DNA of 64,000 nt from Mobula hypostoma (taxonomy: Eukaryota). Under the pieces are notes generated by a model. That model did not search any database, was not told where the DNA came from, and saw only the letters and a program-made list of their open reading frames with translations. The position numbers were made by a program, and so were the translations under genes. The DNA lies in NCBI RefSeq assembly GCF_963921235.1, contig NC_086097.1, forward strand, positions 42,904,001 to 42,968,000, in the 5' to 3' direction. Of the stretch, positions 12,671 to 25,355 are shown piece by piece (positions within the stretch are counted from its first letter, which is position 1; each line of letters starts with the position of its first letter).

Positions 12671-14019
12671 CAAAATAACAATAAAAACAAGATTAGCTAC
12701 TCGGGAAGTCGGATAACATCAGAGAGGAGAGAAACAGTTGAACTTTTGAGTCATTGACTATATTGCAAAAGTGAGAAGGCTTGCAGATACTCTCTTACTC
12801 CCTGACCTACTGAGTATATCCAATACTGCCTTTACTTCAGATTTCCTGTTTCTGGAGTTATGTAATTATTGCCTCAAGTATGTTTCTTCATTGTTTTTGG
12901 CAATTGGACATTTGCTGATTCAAGCATTTATTATTCATTCTCAATTGTCTTCAAAGATGGCAGTAAACCTTGAACTGCTGAAGCTTTTTGGATAAAAGTA
13001 TTCCCACAGTGTTTGGGGGGGGGGGGTTCCTTCAGCTGGATTATAATAGTAAACAAATAGTATATTTTCAAGTCAGGATGATATGTAGCTTGGAGAAGAA
13101 AATAAAGATTTTCTCAAGTACTTGTTTTCCTTGTCCTTCATGATGGTAGATTTTGTGAGCTTGGAAGTGTTGTATACACTATTAGATATAGGAGCAGAAT
13201 TAGGCCAGTTGGCTGAAATAAGCCTTCCATCCACCATCGAACTATACTGACTATCAAATACTTTGCTATGCTATCACTTACCTGAATTTGATCCGCAGCC
13301 TCTGGTTATAGAATAGCTTGGCGATAGAAATACTTGCATGGATAGTAGTTAACTGTCAGAGTACCAACTTCAATTGGACAGTTTACCACATTCCAACCAC
13401 AGTCAGGGTTTCTACTGAGGAGAAAAGTTTCCCAACCAGTCCAATCTCTCCTCATAACTGATATGTGTGATTCCAGGAAACATCCTGGTGAATCTCTAAT
13501 GCAATCACTTTCTTCCCTGAGCTGATGACCACAACTGTACACAGTTCTCCAGCTGTGGCCTAACCAAAGTTTTGAAAAATTGTGCCATTACCTCCCTTTA
13601 CTGGTACTCAGTGTTCTGGATAATGCTGTCTACTTTGTGGGTTCTTGGACTTCTCCATCGAGATCTCACTGTTCATCAGTATTCTTGAGGACTTTGCCAT
13701 TTATTGAATATGTCCTACCCTGATCATTCAGATGGTCCTCTGACAACATTTAAATACTATTTACACAAGTAAATCATTCCTTTCAATAATTAGCTAGAAA
13801 TTCTTTGGTTATGAGGTAGCTTATGGTAACAGGGCAGCAATAATCTTAGTGCGAAGGGGCAAGCCAGATTGCTGTCCTGTAGCTTGAATAACAAGATGTT
13901 TATGTGATCATTGAAGGTGAACATTTTTGCCTTGACAAAAAGATGCCCCATCAAGTACTTTAGTGATAGGAACTGAAAAATGCTGGTCAAACAGCATTCG
14001 TGGAAAGGCAAACCAACAA

Positions 14020-14580
14020 CTCATCGTGGCCTGGATGGTGAGGGTCCTTGATAATGGATGCTACTTTCCTATGTAGATGTGCTCAATGCTGGGGAGGGCT
14101 TCACCTGTGATGGACAGGGCCGTATCCACTACTTTTGTAGGCTCTTCATTCAAGGGCATTGGTGTTTCCATACCTGGCCGTGAAGCAGCCAGTCAATATA
14201 CTCTCCACCACACATCTGTAAAAGTTTGTCAAAGTCTTGGATGGCATGCTGAATCTTCGTAAACTTCTAAGGAAGTAGAGGCACTGCCATGCTTTCTTTG
14301 CATTTGCAATTGCACTTGCGTGCTGGGCCTAGGACAGGTCCTCTGAAGTGCTAACGCCGACGAATTTGAAGTTGCTGATCCTCCCCACCTCTGATGAGGT
14401 CTGGCTCATGGACCTCTAGTCTCCTCCTCCTGAAGTCAATAGTCAGCTCCTTGGCCTGCTGACATTGAGAGAGAGGTTGTTGTCCTGGCACCATTCAGCC
14501 AAATTTTCAAGCTTCCTCCTATATGTTGATTTGGCCAAGCCCAGAGTGTTGTCAGCAAATTTAAATATGGCATTGGAGCT
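14020..14580 (-). mobile_element. Rex1/Babar-like LINE 3' fragment (approximate)
   Basis: Similar to 10090-10500 (gccgtatccactacttt..., ttcaagggcat...). Confidence 0.65.
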
Positions 14581-16888
14581 TTAATCATCTTCACCTTGTC
14601 CTTGTTCTGTCAAGGATGAATTGGCGTGCACTGCAGATCCTTGTGTTCCTCTAGACATGAATATTCTATCAGTTGTTGACCTGATGAAAGTCATAAGCTT
14701 ATTGCAACCAAATTTGTTAATATTTTTGGCACAGCAAGTAGAGCCTTTGTTTCATGAACTCCAGAGGCCTGGGCTCGGTCCTATTGTCCAATATTGTCTA
14801 TGTGAAGTTTACACATTTTCCCTGAGACTGTATGTGCTCCCTCCATACGATCCTGTTTCTTCTCCAAAGGTGTGTGAGCTGGTAGCTGAGTTGATTCCTG
14901 TACATTGCTACTAGTGTGTAGAATCTGAGGGGAATATGAGGAAAATAAAATAAGATTGGTGTGAATGGGTGCTGTTGATTAATGGGTGATCAGTGGGGCC
15001 AAAGTACCTATGTGATTCAACAGAAGAAAGCAGGTTTTGAGAAGGTATTATATATGCTGGGTGGGGTGGAGATACGTCTCTGCCAAAGGAGGTCTAAGGC
15101 ATTCCTTCAGGTCATAGCCTGAAGGTCACCTGCGAGCAAGGAATAACACCTGCTTAGTCCCCTCTAATCAGGGTCATTTGAAGCCACTGAGAAAGTGGTG
15201 GATGGTCATATGAGCAGCTGGTGCATATCACAAGTCCTGGTGATGTGGCCACTGACGCCAGGCAGACAGTCTCTGAAGTGTATCGATAATGGCTGAGGTC
15301 AACCGTCTCGAAAGAATCTGCCCAGAAGAAAGCAAACCATTTCTGTAGAAAAAATTACCAAGAGCAATCATGGTCACGGGACCATGATCGCCTATGTCAT
15401 ATGACATGGTATATAATGATAATATATGTCTACAAGTTAAATGTATGGATGAAATGTGGCAAATGAAGTACAATGTGAGTACAGTAGTTACAAAATTTTG
15501 GTAAAATATATAGAAAAACAGGATGTTTATATGGAGACACTGCACAATGCAGCTGTACAGAGGAGTCTGGTGTCCTCATACAGGGAGTTAATAACAATGA
15601 ATTAAAATAGAATACTGCAAAAGGATGGGAGCCTACAACTAAGGAATTCGGGCTGTAACTATGGAGCGTAAGTGAGACAACAGCTAGAGTACCGTGTGCA
15701 ACCTTGCCCTCCTTATTTAAGGATAAATGTACTTTCTTTGGAGAAGATTTGCAAAATCAGCTCCTGGGATGAAAGATTGTTTTGTGTAAGACTGGATGAT
15801 GTGCAAGTTTTGGAAAGGGCGCAGAAGAGGTTTAGCAGGATGTTGCCTGGATTAGAGGATATGGGCTTTAAGAATAGATTGGACAAACTTGCACTGTTTT
15901 CTCTGGTGTGTTGGAGGCTGAGGGGAGACCTGAGAGAAGTTTATAAAATTATGAGAGGCAGATAAATGGTGGATAGTCTTTGTTCCCATGGTAAGAATAT
16001 CAAATACAGGAGGGTGTATATTTAACATTAGAGAGAGAGAAAGTATAAGGAAGATTGCAGCACAGGTCTTTTTTAGTTAACACAGAGTGGTAGGTGCCTG
16101 GAGTGGACTTGAGGGGATGCACTGGAAGCAGGTATGACAATGGCCTTGTAGATACAGGAGCCTTGGGCCCCGCATCACCAGGTTCAGAAGCAGTCATTAC
16201 CTTTCAAACATCAGATTCCTGAGCCAACATGGATGACTTCACTCACTTCAGCACTGAGCCGATTCCACAACCTATGGACTCACGCTCATGAAGTGCACAA
16301 CTCATGCTATTGGTGTTATTTACTTATTTTTGGGTTTGCGTGGTTTGCCTTTTGCACATTAGTTGTTTGACAGTCTTTGTATGTAGTTTTTCATTGATTC
16401 TATTGTATTTCTTGTGAAGGTCTGTAAGAAAATGAATCTGAGAAGTATATAGTGATATTTACATATTTGATAATTTACTTTGAACTTTGGCATTTTTTTA
16501 GATCGACACATCAAAGTTCAAAATAAAATTTATTATCAGAGTACATTCATGTCACCACATTCAACCCTGAGATTCTTTTTTCTGCTTCAGGCATCAAAAG
16601 CAGTATATTTAAGAAAAAACTGGTACAATTCTACAGCCTGTTGGGAATCTCCAATGTACACCAGTGCCATCTTTACGTCATCAATATGTAGGGAATGGAG
16701 TGATTATACATCATGTCCAGCCAAGAGAGCAACACAGATATCATGGGCTGAGGATCTGTTCCTATGTGGTGCTGTTCTATGTTCCAAGATCTTTACCCAG
16801 GCTTCTCTACCCAGAGAGTTTTGGAGGCTGGATTATTGAATATGTTCAAGGCTGTGATAGGCAGATCTTTGATCTACGGGAAGAACTA

Positions 16889-18470
16889 CAGTTGCAAGAA
16901 AAAGTTGGCGAATCCTTTGCAATTAACCTGGATTTCTCCATTAATTACTCAAAATGTGGTCTGATCTTCATCTAAGTCACAATAATCGACAAACACAATC
17001 TGCCTAAACTAAATAACTGTACTTTTCGTGTCTTTATTGAACACATTGTTTAATCATTCACAGTCCAGGCTGGAAAAAGTATGTGAACCCTTGTATTTAA
17101 TAAATGGTTGAACCTCCTTTAGCAGCAATAACCACCACCAAACATTTCCTGTAGCTCCTGATCAGACTTGCACAATGGTGAGGAGGAATTTTAGACCGTT
17201 CCTCCATACAAAACTGTTTCAGTTCAACAATATTTCTTGGATACCTTGCATGAACAGCCCTCTTTAGGTCATGCCATAGCATCTCAATTGGACAAAGGTC
17301 TGGACTCTGACTTGGTCATTCCAAAACACGAATCTTCTTTTTAAACCATTCTGTTGTTGATTTACTCTTGTGTTTCAGATCATTGTCTTGTTGCATCAAC
17401 CACCTTCTATTAAGTTTCAGGCGATGGACTGCTACCCTGGCATTCTCCTGTAAAATATCTTGATACAATTTTGAATTCATTGTTCCCTCAATGATTGCAA
17501 GTTGTCCAGGCCCTGAGGCAGTAAAGCAGCCCCAAACCATGATGCTCCTTCACAGTTGGGATGAGGTGTTGGTGTGCAGTGCTCTTTTTTCCTCCAAACA
17601 TATCAGTGTGCATTGCTACCAAAAAGATCAACTTTTGCTTCATCTGACCACAGAACGTTGTACCAGAAGCGTTGTGGAACATCCAGGTGGTCTATTGCAA
17701 ACTTGAGACGTGCAGCAATGTTTTGTTTTAGAGAGCAGTGGCTTCCTCCGTGGTATCTTTCCATGAACACCATTCTTGTTCAGGGTTTTTTTCTTATAGT
17801 GGACACATGCCCAAAGACATTAGCAAGTTTTAGAGATTTCTGCAGCTCTTTTGCTGTTACCCTTGGGTTCTTTTTCATTTCTTTCAGCATTGCACGTTGT
17901 GCTCTTGGTGTGATGTAGGATGGCGACTCCTAGTGAGAGTAGCAACGGTACTGAGTTTCTTCCATTTGTAGACAATTTCTCACACTGTTGAGTGATGAAC
18001 ACTCAGGTCAAATGCTTTGTAGCCTTTTCCAGCTTCATGCATCACTATAATTCTTCTTAAGGTCCTCTGAGAGTTGTTTTGATTGAAGCATGGTGCACAT
18101 AAACAGATCTCTCTTGAGAAGAACAGGCTCTTTCAGTAACCTGACTTTGTGTGTTTTTTTTAATATAGAGCATGGCACCTCTACAACCCTCGCCTCCAAT
18201 CTCATCTCATTGACTGGAACACCTGACTCCAAATAGCTTTTGTAGAAGCCATTAACCCAGAGGTTCACATTTTTTTGAAAGTAGACCGTGATTGTTTAAA
18301 TGGTGTACTCGGTATTGACAAGAAGAAGTACAATTGTTTGTGTGTCATTAGTTTAGGCAGATTATGTTTGTCTGTTATTGTGACTTATGAAGATCAGACC
18401 ACATGTTATGAGTAATTAATGGAGGAAGCCAGGTAATTGCAAAGGGTTCACAAACCTTTTCTTGGAACTG
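16889..18470 (-). mobile_element. Tc1/mariner DNA transposon (IR/DR type), full length, degraded transposase
   Basis: TA flanks at 16887-88 and 18471-72; long TIRs starting CAGTTGCAAGAAAA / ending TTTTCTTGGAACTG; transposase motifs MVWGCF, QQDND.KH, LWHDLKRAV..AAKGGST. Confidence 0.93.
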
Positions 18471-18999
18471 TACATAGACTACGTTTCTTACGTACTTGTA
18501 CTTTCCCTTTTTTTTAAAGGTATTGCTATCTTGTTGATCCAATATTCTGCTCTCCTCCTCTGGAAAGTGTCAACTATTAGAACCAGACTCGCATCGTCAC
18601 ATTTATTGTCATTTGTCAATCTCTTAATACATTATAATCTTCATCGACAGACATAAGCAGTGGTGAAGTTGGCTGGTGGAGGTAATTGATTTGTCTAGAG
18701 CAAATGTTAATAGGAGGTCAGTGAGAATGGGGGAGAATTTTTGAAAAATGCTGAAACTGAGATATCGCAGATAATGGAAATCTGAAACGGATCAGAGAAT
18801 GATGAAAATATTCAGGCAGTCAGGCAGGAACAATGGAGAAAGGAAAACCCTGAATTAATGTTACAGATCAATAGCTTTTCATCAGAACTTGCCAGTTCTA
18901 GAACAAGCCAGAAAGACAGTTATCTAAAATAATTGAATTCGTTGTCAAGTTTGGGAGCTGTAAGGTGCATCATCGAAAGGTGAGATGTTGTGTGTAGGG

Positions 19000-20100
19000 T
19001 GTCACGTACCCCGTGACGGGAATAAAGAACCAGCAGAGATGGAAAACACTTTGGAGTCCAGTATTGCTATTAACTAATAATATTTATTAGTAACTGTGCA
19101 ATACAGTAATATAAACGTAGTTAAATCAAACAGGTTAGCAATGATTATATATAGGTAAGTATATCAGTAAGTGTGGAAATATATATGAAAAACCAAGCTT
19201 CAAGTCTGGGGTAAAAAGATACAGTCTTACGATGATGAGTAAAGTTCAGTTCAGACTTCAAACTGCTTTGCAATAAACTTGTAGAGTTAAGCATCTTTAG
19301 TTGCAATTTAACTAAAGGAACTTTATTGAGAGATTTGGAAGAGTGGACCACCACCAATGCATTCACTAAATAGGGCTGCTTATCACCAAGCCTGTGACAA
19401 AGTCCATTCCAGGTATTGAGTTGAGTAGTGATGGAGAGAGAGAGAGAGATTTGAATCTTCAATTGAGCTGACGCCGTCGATCTTCTCGTTGTCCTCCGAA
19501 ATCCTTCAGAAGTCACCAACTGTGACCACAACAAAGGGGACCGGTTTTCTGTGGTGGAGCTGTCAACCCAGGCAAAGGTTGGACACATGGACAACTCCCC
19601 ACCGGTCAATCCCTTTTCTCACTGCAAGAGCAACAGATCGATCCTCCAAAAACCCACTTTTTCTGCAGGCACAACTAAGCTCATTCAGTGTCCAAAACGT
19701 GTGTCTGAGGTCTAAATCATTTGACCTATTTATCTCACCGTACTGGATACCAGCTGTCATTCAAATAACTCCTCCTCCTCTTCTCTGTGTAAGAAATGCA
19801 CAAGCAGTCGAATGTCCTTGAGAAGTATAAACACGCTGCTGGAAAATCATAACATCGATTGTCCATCAAATAACGCTGCCTTCGGTCACCATAGCAACTT
19901 ACGAGCTGCTCAGTGCCATCTCCGACTCAGCAGAAATCCAAAAGTTAGCCAGTTCTTTCTCGTGCCTTAAAGTCCAAAAGTTAGTCTTCGTCTCTCTCTT
20001 TCTTTCTCTCACTCTCTTAAACAACATGTCGGTGTTAAATATCTCTCTCTCTCTCTTTTCAAAAGCACCGTTCATAGGGGTAATTCAGGACCCCATCACA
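19000..20100. mobile_element. Solo LTR (TGT...ACA), 1101 bp
   Basis: Termini TGTCAC / ATCACA; 4-bp TSD AGGG at 18996-18999 and 20101-20104; no coding capacity. Confidence 0.8.
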
Positions 20101-20594
20101 AGGGGTTCATTGGTCATTGTCCTGCCAGGTACATTGCAACACTCAAAACTCAATATTGAATTCAGTGATTCCAAATAACAGACCTTTTCATTTTGTATCA
20201 GATCTGGTCAGTAATCTGTGATGCTGTCTGTTTTTTCTACGTTACCTGATTTGCTTCCAGTATTTTACAATTTTATTTTAGGTTTCCAGCATCGGTTTCA
20301 GATTTGCCTCATCAATAATGGAAATGGGAGGTGTGTTTTGGCATCCCCTGGAATGAACTTTGTCATGGGCTCGGTGATAAGCTGCCCTATTTAGTGAATG
20401 TATTGGTGGTGGTTCACTCTTCCAAATCTCTCAATAAAGTTCCTTTAGTTAAATTGCAACTAAAGATGCTTAACTCTACAAGTTTATTGCAAAGCAGTTT
20501 GAAGTTTTACTGAAGTGTTGCTCGTTATTGGCTACATAGCTCCTGCAAGCTGCATGTGCTAACTTCCTTATGGTGCTTTTGCACTGAGGGTCTC

Positions 20595-20790
20595 TAGGTG
20601 TCTTCCCCACGGGATGTGTTGGTTTTCCCCTGGTTTCCTCCCATAGTCCAAAGATGGTACCAGGTATGTTAATTGGTCCTTGCAAAATTGTCTCATGATT
20701 AGGTTAGGGTTAATTGGGGTTTTGGGGTTGCTGGGACAGCGTGGCTCGGTGCTGGAAAGGTCTCCTTTGCTGTATCACTAAATAAATAAA
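20595..20790 (+). mobile_element. V-SINE (HE1-like), 5'-truncated
   Basis: GGTTTCCTCCCATAGTCCAAAGA V-domain-like core; (TAAA)n tail. Confidence 0.75.
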
Positions 20791-22199
20791 ATCAGAATTT
20801 TGAATGAACTCATTTAATTAATGGTAAAATTCCTGAGACATGTATAAAGTCTGTTGTGAAGTATTTCCATGTTTGTAACAGATTTTTTCCAAACAGTGGA
20901 TCTTGTTAAAAGTTTTGAGCTACAGAGGAGATTTAGATGGTGCCTACACAATTTTGTATATATCAGTGAACAAATGCATAGAAACTGGTGCAATAAGAAC
21001 TTGCATTTGTATGTCTTCTGTTTTTTGGCTGACAGTCTTTGCACCACACCGGAAGTTTTGCATTTCTGTGTCCGTTGGCTAGTGTGTATCACAAAGACAC
21101 ATTTTATATCGAGAAAAATTAAAAAAAATTCTGTTAACACTACTTGTCGTTATTTATTAATGTTAGGTTCTTCAGAACCTCAGCTGAGGTAAATCTTTAC
21201 TATTAAAGGAATGGAACACTTTATAAATTATTGTCCCATTGCAAAAATTGTTAGCGTTTACATTGAATCGTCCTCAAAATTTAATAGAATTATATTTGAG
21301 AATACTTGGGCGTTTTTCTATCAAATAATAACAAGAAAAAGCGCTTTCATGTGGTAGTAATAAACTAGGGGATTGACGCGGGCTACATGAATGCCACAAA
21401 ACTATCTTTTCCACTCTGAAATATGCTTATTAGTTACAAGCACCTCGCTGCGATTTGTTTTCGGCTTGTGACGATACTGATTTGCATAATGTGCAGAACA
21501 CGGCGAACGTGACCGAGTATCGTTCACAATGTTCTCTGGTACAAGACTGGCCTCTTCGATTTGAGCTTTTATTGTACCCTCGTGGTTGTATCCTACGTGC
21601 CACGGCGGCGTTTCCTCATGGCGGTTCCGGCGTGTAAATAGTATCTGAAAGATAGTACATTGCATGTGGACAGTCAAGTCTTGTTTAATCCATTCTCTGC
21701 GAACCATTGTAAACTTTAGTAATCAATAACTAAATAAGGGACTTATGAAAAAAATCGTTAGCGAGGATTAATAGATTAAAATCACGTTTCTAGTGCTGTC
21801 AAAACTATAGCAACATACAAGTACAATAGAGTGTGTATTTTTATTGGAGATTAGGAATGACACTTCCTGGAATATGGGTACGTTTGACAGAATGAAGCAA
21901 GTGACCTTTGTCCCAGTTGGCGTTTTTTTACAGAGCTTTGTAAAGCTTTGGTCCCTTTACAAGATTATTTTAAACAATTTTCATAGTTTATTGAAATGAA
22001 CTTCAATCCGTAGTTTCCCTCTTCTCTAAATATTCTCCCTCCCCACAGTAGATTTGATCCCCGAATTTCCCGTGTTTTTTTTACATAAATTCCTCCACCA
22101 TTCACTCCTGTTCCCTCCAGGATGTACGCTTGCTTTCCCCTCTCTCCGGCCGGGGGTGTCTTTCTCGGCCTGTGTTATCTAGTTCTCCCTCTTGACCGC

Positions 22200-22340
22200 T
22201 GTAATTTTCAATGACCCACAGCCGTATTCGGTTGATTGGCGCGGAGGGGAGGGAAGGGGGCGTTTTCTCCATTGTGTGCCACGATCTAAGCTCCCATCGG
22301 AGTCGGCTTTAACCGCGGAATCAGCCAATCGGGAATGAAA
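22200..22340 (+). promoter_or_regulatory. LRR1-proximal CpG-rich promoter
   Basis: ATTGGCGC (22235-22242), G-rich Sp-like tract, CCAAT at about 22325. Confidence 0.6.
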
Positions 22341-22454
22341 ATATCTGCATTCATACTAGCAACTTGTTTATGTGCTAGGCGTCCAAGGGAATGCTGTATT
22401 CTCCAGTAGTCCAGAATTATGTCTACAGTGAGCGATCATTTTATTACAGATACT

Positions 22455-22643
22455 ATGAAACTCCAGTGTGAAGTGGAAGTCATCAATCGGATGCTCCCAA
22501 CCTTCGGTATGAGGAACAGAGGGAAGGGCAACCGAGCAGTTCTGTCAATAGGAAAGCACCATGATCGGGGCATCAAAAACAACTCGGCAACCATTCAACT
22601 CTTGATTTGTACAATAAAAGACAAATCGGGCTGTAAATATAAG
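22455..22643 (+). CDS. LRR1: Leucine-rich repeat protein 1 (CRL2 substrate receptor), coding exon 1
   Basis: MKLQCEVEVINRMLPTFGMRNRGKGNRAVLSIG...KDKSGCKYK; donor AAG|GTGCGT. Confidence 0.93.
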
Positions 22644-22721
22644 GTGCGTGTATTCTTATATAACTTATCATATTAACTTTATAAAGCCTAGAATATATTT
22701 TTAATGAATATCTCCTTGCAG

Positions 22722-22820
22722 CTGAAAGAAAATATAGAACAGTTTTTCACTAAATTCGTGGACGAGGGAAAAGCTACCATCAGACTCAAGGAGCCAGCAG
22801 TGGATGTCTGTCTAAATAAG
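22722..22820 (+). CDS. LRR1: LRR1 coding exon 2
   Basis: LKENIEQFFTKFVDEGKATIRLKEPAVDVCLNK, 99 nt, AG/GT bounded. Confidence 0.95.
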
Positions 22821-25355
22821 GTATAAAGTGGCATTTTCTCACATCTCAGTTTTAAAAGTTAAACCTGTTTGTGTTGTTAACATTGAAATGATTCATTATT
22901 ATTCATTATTACCCACACACTAAGGTTTTGCTGTGATTAATGTAGTAACTATGATAGCAGCTTTTTTTCTGCTCAGATCAGCAAGATGGAAGTTAGAGCA
23001 CAACTTCAATGAAACTTGTGTGTGGTTATAATGGTCCTATGCTATTTTGGACAAACCAAGCACAAATTGTATCAGCATTTTGCAAAACACCCCTGTTCAG
23101 TCTGCAAGGATGACTAAGCTCCCAGTTGCCTAACACTTTTTATCTTCTATTCCGTTCCCATTCTGGTCTCTCTTACAGTGTCCCAGTAAAGCCCATTATG
23201 AGCCTGAAAAAAAGTATTGATTCTTTGACTTGGCACATTACAACCCTTAGAATTATATTCAATAATTTCAGATAACCAGCCTTTTTGTTCAGTCAGGTCA
23301 TTTAACTCTTTATTGATTCTGACTGACCTGTTGAATATTTCCAACATTCCTTTTAATTAGTTTTGCAGCAACTGCAGAGTTTCTCTCACTACAGTATTTT
23401 TTTTATTCTTTCCTCTGATCATTTTAATTTCCTTCTATTTATATCTCTTCCAGACAAATCAGCAGTACTTTAAAAAGCCTTTGTCAGCCTTTCTCAGCTA
23501 ACACCACCATCACATGTCAGTCTTCCTCTCTTGGTCTCCATCCTCTTAGAGACATTCCCTTTGTTCTCTCCATTGCCATGACCCCCAACCCACCCACCCA
23601 TCCACCACCACCACTTCTCTGTAACTTAAAACACACTTGAATTCAACTTCGTCCCAACAGAGAAATTGCTGTATATCCAGCATTTTTTTTTCGCCTTTAT
23701 TTAAGAAACTTTGCAAGTTACCAGTTCATTTATTCGGTTCACAGAACTATCAATGTGCATATTTGTCTTGAATAGTCAAGGATCAATGCTCATATCACAT
23801 TTATTGCCAGGAGCTTATATTTCTCAGTTCTGGCACTGTTTTAATATGTTCCCATAGTGTTCTGTAACGAGGCCAGTTTCTTGAAAGTTCTTAATTGCAG
23901 CCTCTACGCAGTCAAAATGTATGTCAAAAACAAACTTTTTCAGTTTATGCAGAACAATCTCCAACAAAATATGTTTACCTTGTCCTTTCTGATCATCTGG
24001 TTTCTAACTGTATCAGCTACATAGTTTTCACCCATTATTCAAATACTTCCAGGAATTTCTTCAAAATTCTTATGATCTTCTTTGATGTTAAGATCCATAA
24101 TGAGCACTTCACCTTTCCTTCCAGTCTTTTCCTTGTTTGTGGTGGAGATTCAGATAATGTGCTCTGCACTTTGTAGTTTCCTTCCTACGCCATTCCAGCT
24201 GTCTACCTCTACCCCATTTCAAAACGTGCCTCCCATCTTCATTTTGATGCCTTCAGCTGCTTTACAAATTTCAAATTACACACAAGGTGCTGTATAAATG
24301 TCATCATTCAGGAGGAGCATGCTTTCTTCCTTAAGTTGAAATACCATAGTTTCAAGACCCGTTCCGGGGACTGAGGGCATAACCCAGGCTAACACCTCAA
24401 TGTTTTGAGGGAGTGCTGCATGATCAGAAGTGATATCAAACTGAATCCACTGATTGGCAGATGTATTGATCTTTTTTGAGTTATTTGGGGGAAAAACAGA
24501 CTCTCTGAAACAATGTTTATTATCATATAACTTTTGTGAAACCTGACTGTGGCGTTTCTTATGTTGGAACATTGGCTACATTTCAAAATACTTCTCTCGC
24601 ATTAAAAATTGAAGATGAGCTAATTTGATCAAAACAGATAAGTTCCTGAGGGGTTTTGACAAAGTGTTTGTGATGAGCATGCTGCTTCTTGTGTAAGTTC
24701 CTAGAAGTAGGGGTTGCCAATTTAAAGACAAATGTGATGATGTTTTCAAAAAATTAGAGGCTTATGAGTCTTAAGGATTTTCTCCATTGAAGGTATCCTA
24801 AGACTCTAAGCCATGGCTTCTTGAAGAGTTAAGCAGATACTTGATAAAGAGGGCAAAAGGTTACTGGAGCAGGTTGGAACATGGAGATGGGATTATAGTC
24901 AGATTGGATGTGATTTTGTTGAGTAGCCTTGATTGGCATTCTTCTGCTCTTAATTCGTATGTAAATCCTTTGTCGTTTAAGGAATTGTCTTTCTTAAAAT
25001 TTCAATTTCAGGCAACTTTGTTTAGCTGTATATACTAAAGAATACAGTCGATGGTAAGTGCAGGAAGTTAGTTCTGATTTTGAAGGTAGACAGTATAATC
25101 AGGGAAAATCTGTTTAACTTTTAATAGTTTGACATCATGTACTCTATTTAAATGTAAGCAACGTTTTACATGACGTTAATCAATTACAACATATGTGCAC
25201 TTGTCTGTATATTTGTAGCTATTTGAATAACCTTTGTTTCATGGAAGTCACTTTGTTATATTTGCAGAACTTAAATGAAATAAAAAATTAGCTGAGTATT
25301 GTGAGACAACGGAATGTTTTTGTGTCCCAGGATGTAAAGTCACTTAACTCCATAT

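Noticed and set aside
12695-12706. AGCTACTCGGGA matches part of the 7SL/Alu domain
   Set aside because: 12-nt match only; flanks are unrelated to SRP RNA and look like a decayed repeat
13802-13824. TCTTTGGTTATGAGGTAGCTTAT resembles overlapping 5' ends of miR-9, let-7 and miR-21
   Set aside because: Only 8-11-nt matches, with no full mature sequence or matching precursor arm; coincidence
21480-21760. snRNA-type gene downstream of the octamer motif
   Set aside because: No PSE/TATA arrangement or recognisable U-snRNA, 7SK, Y or vault sequence on either strand
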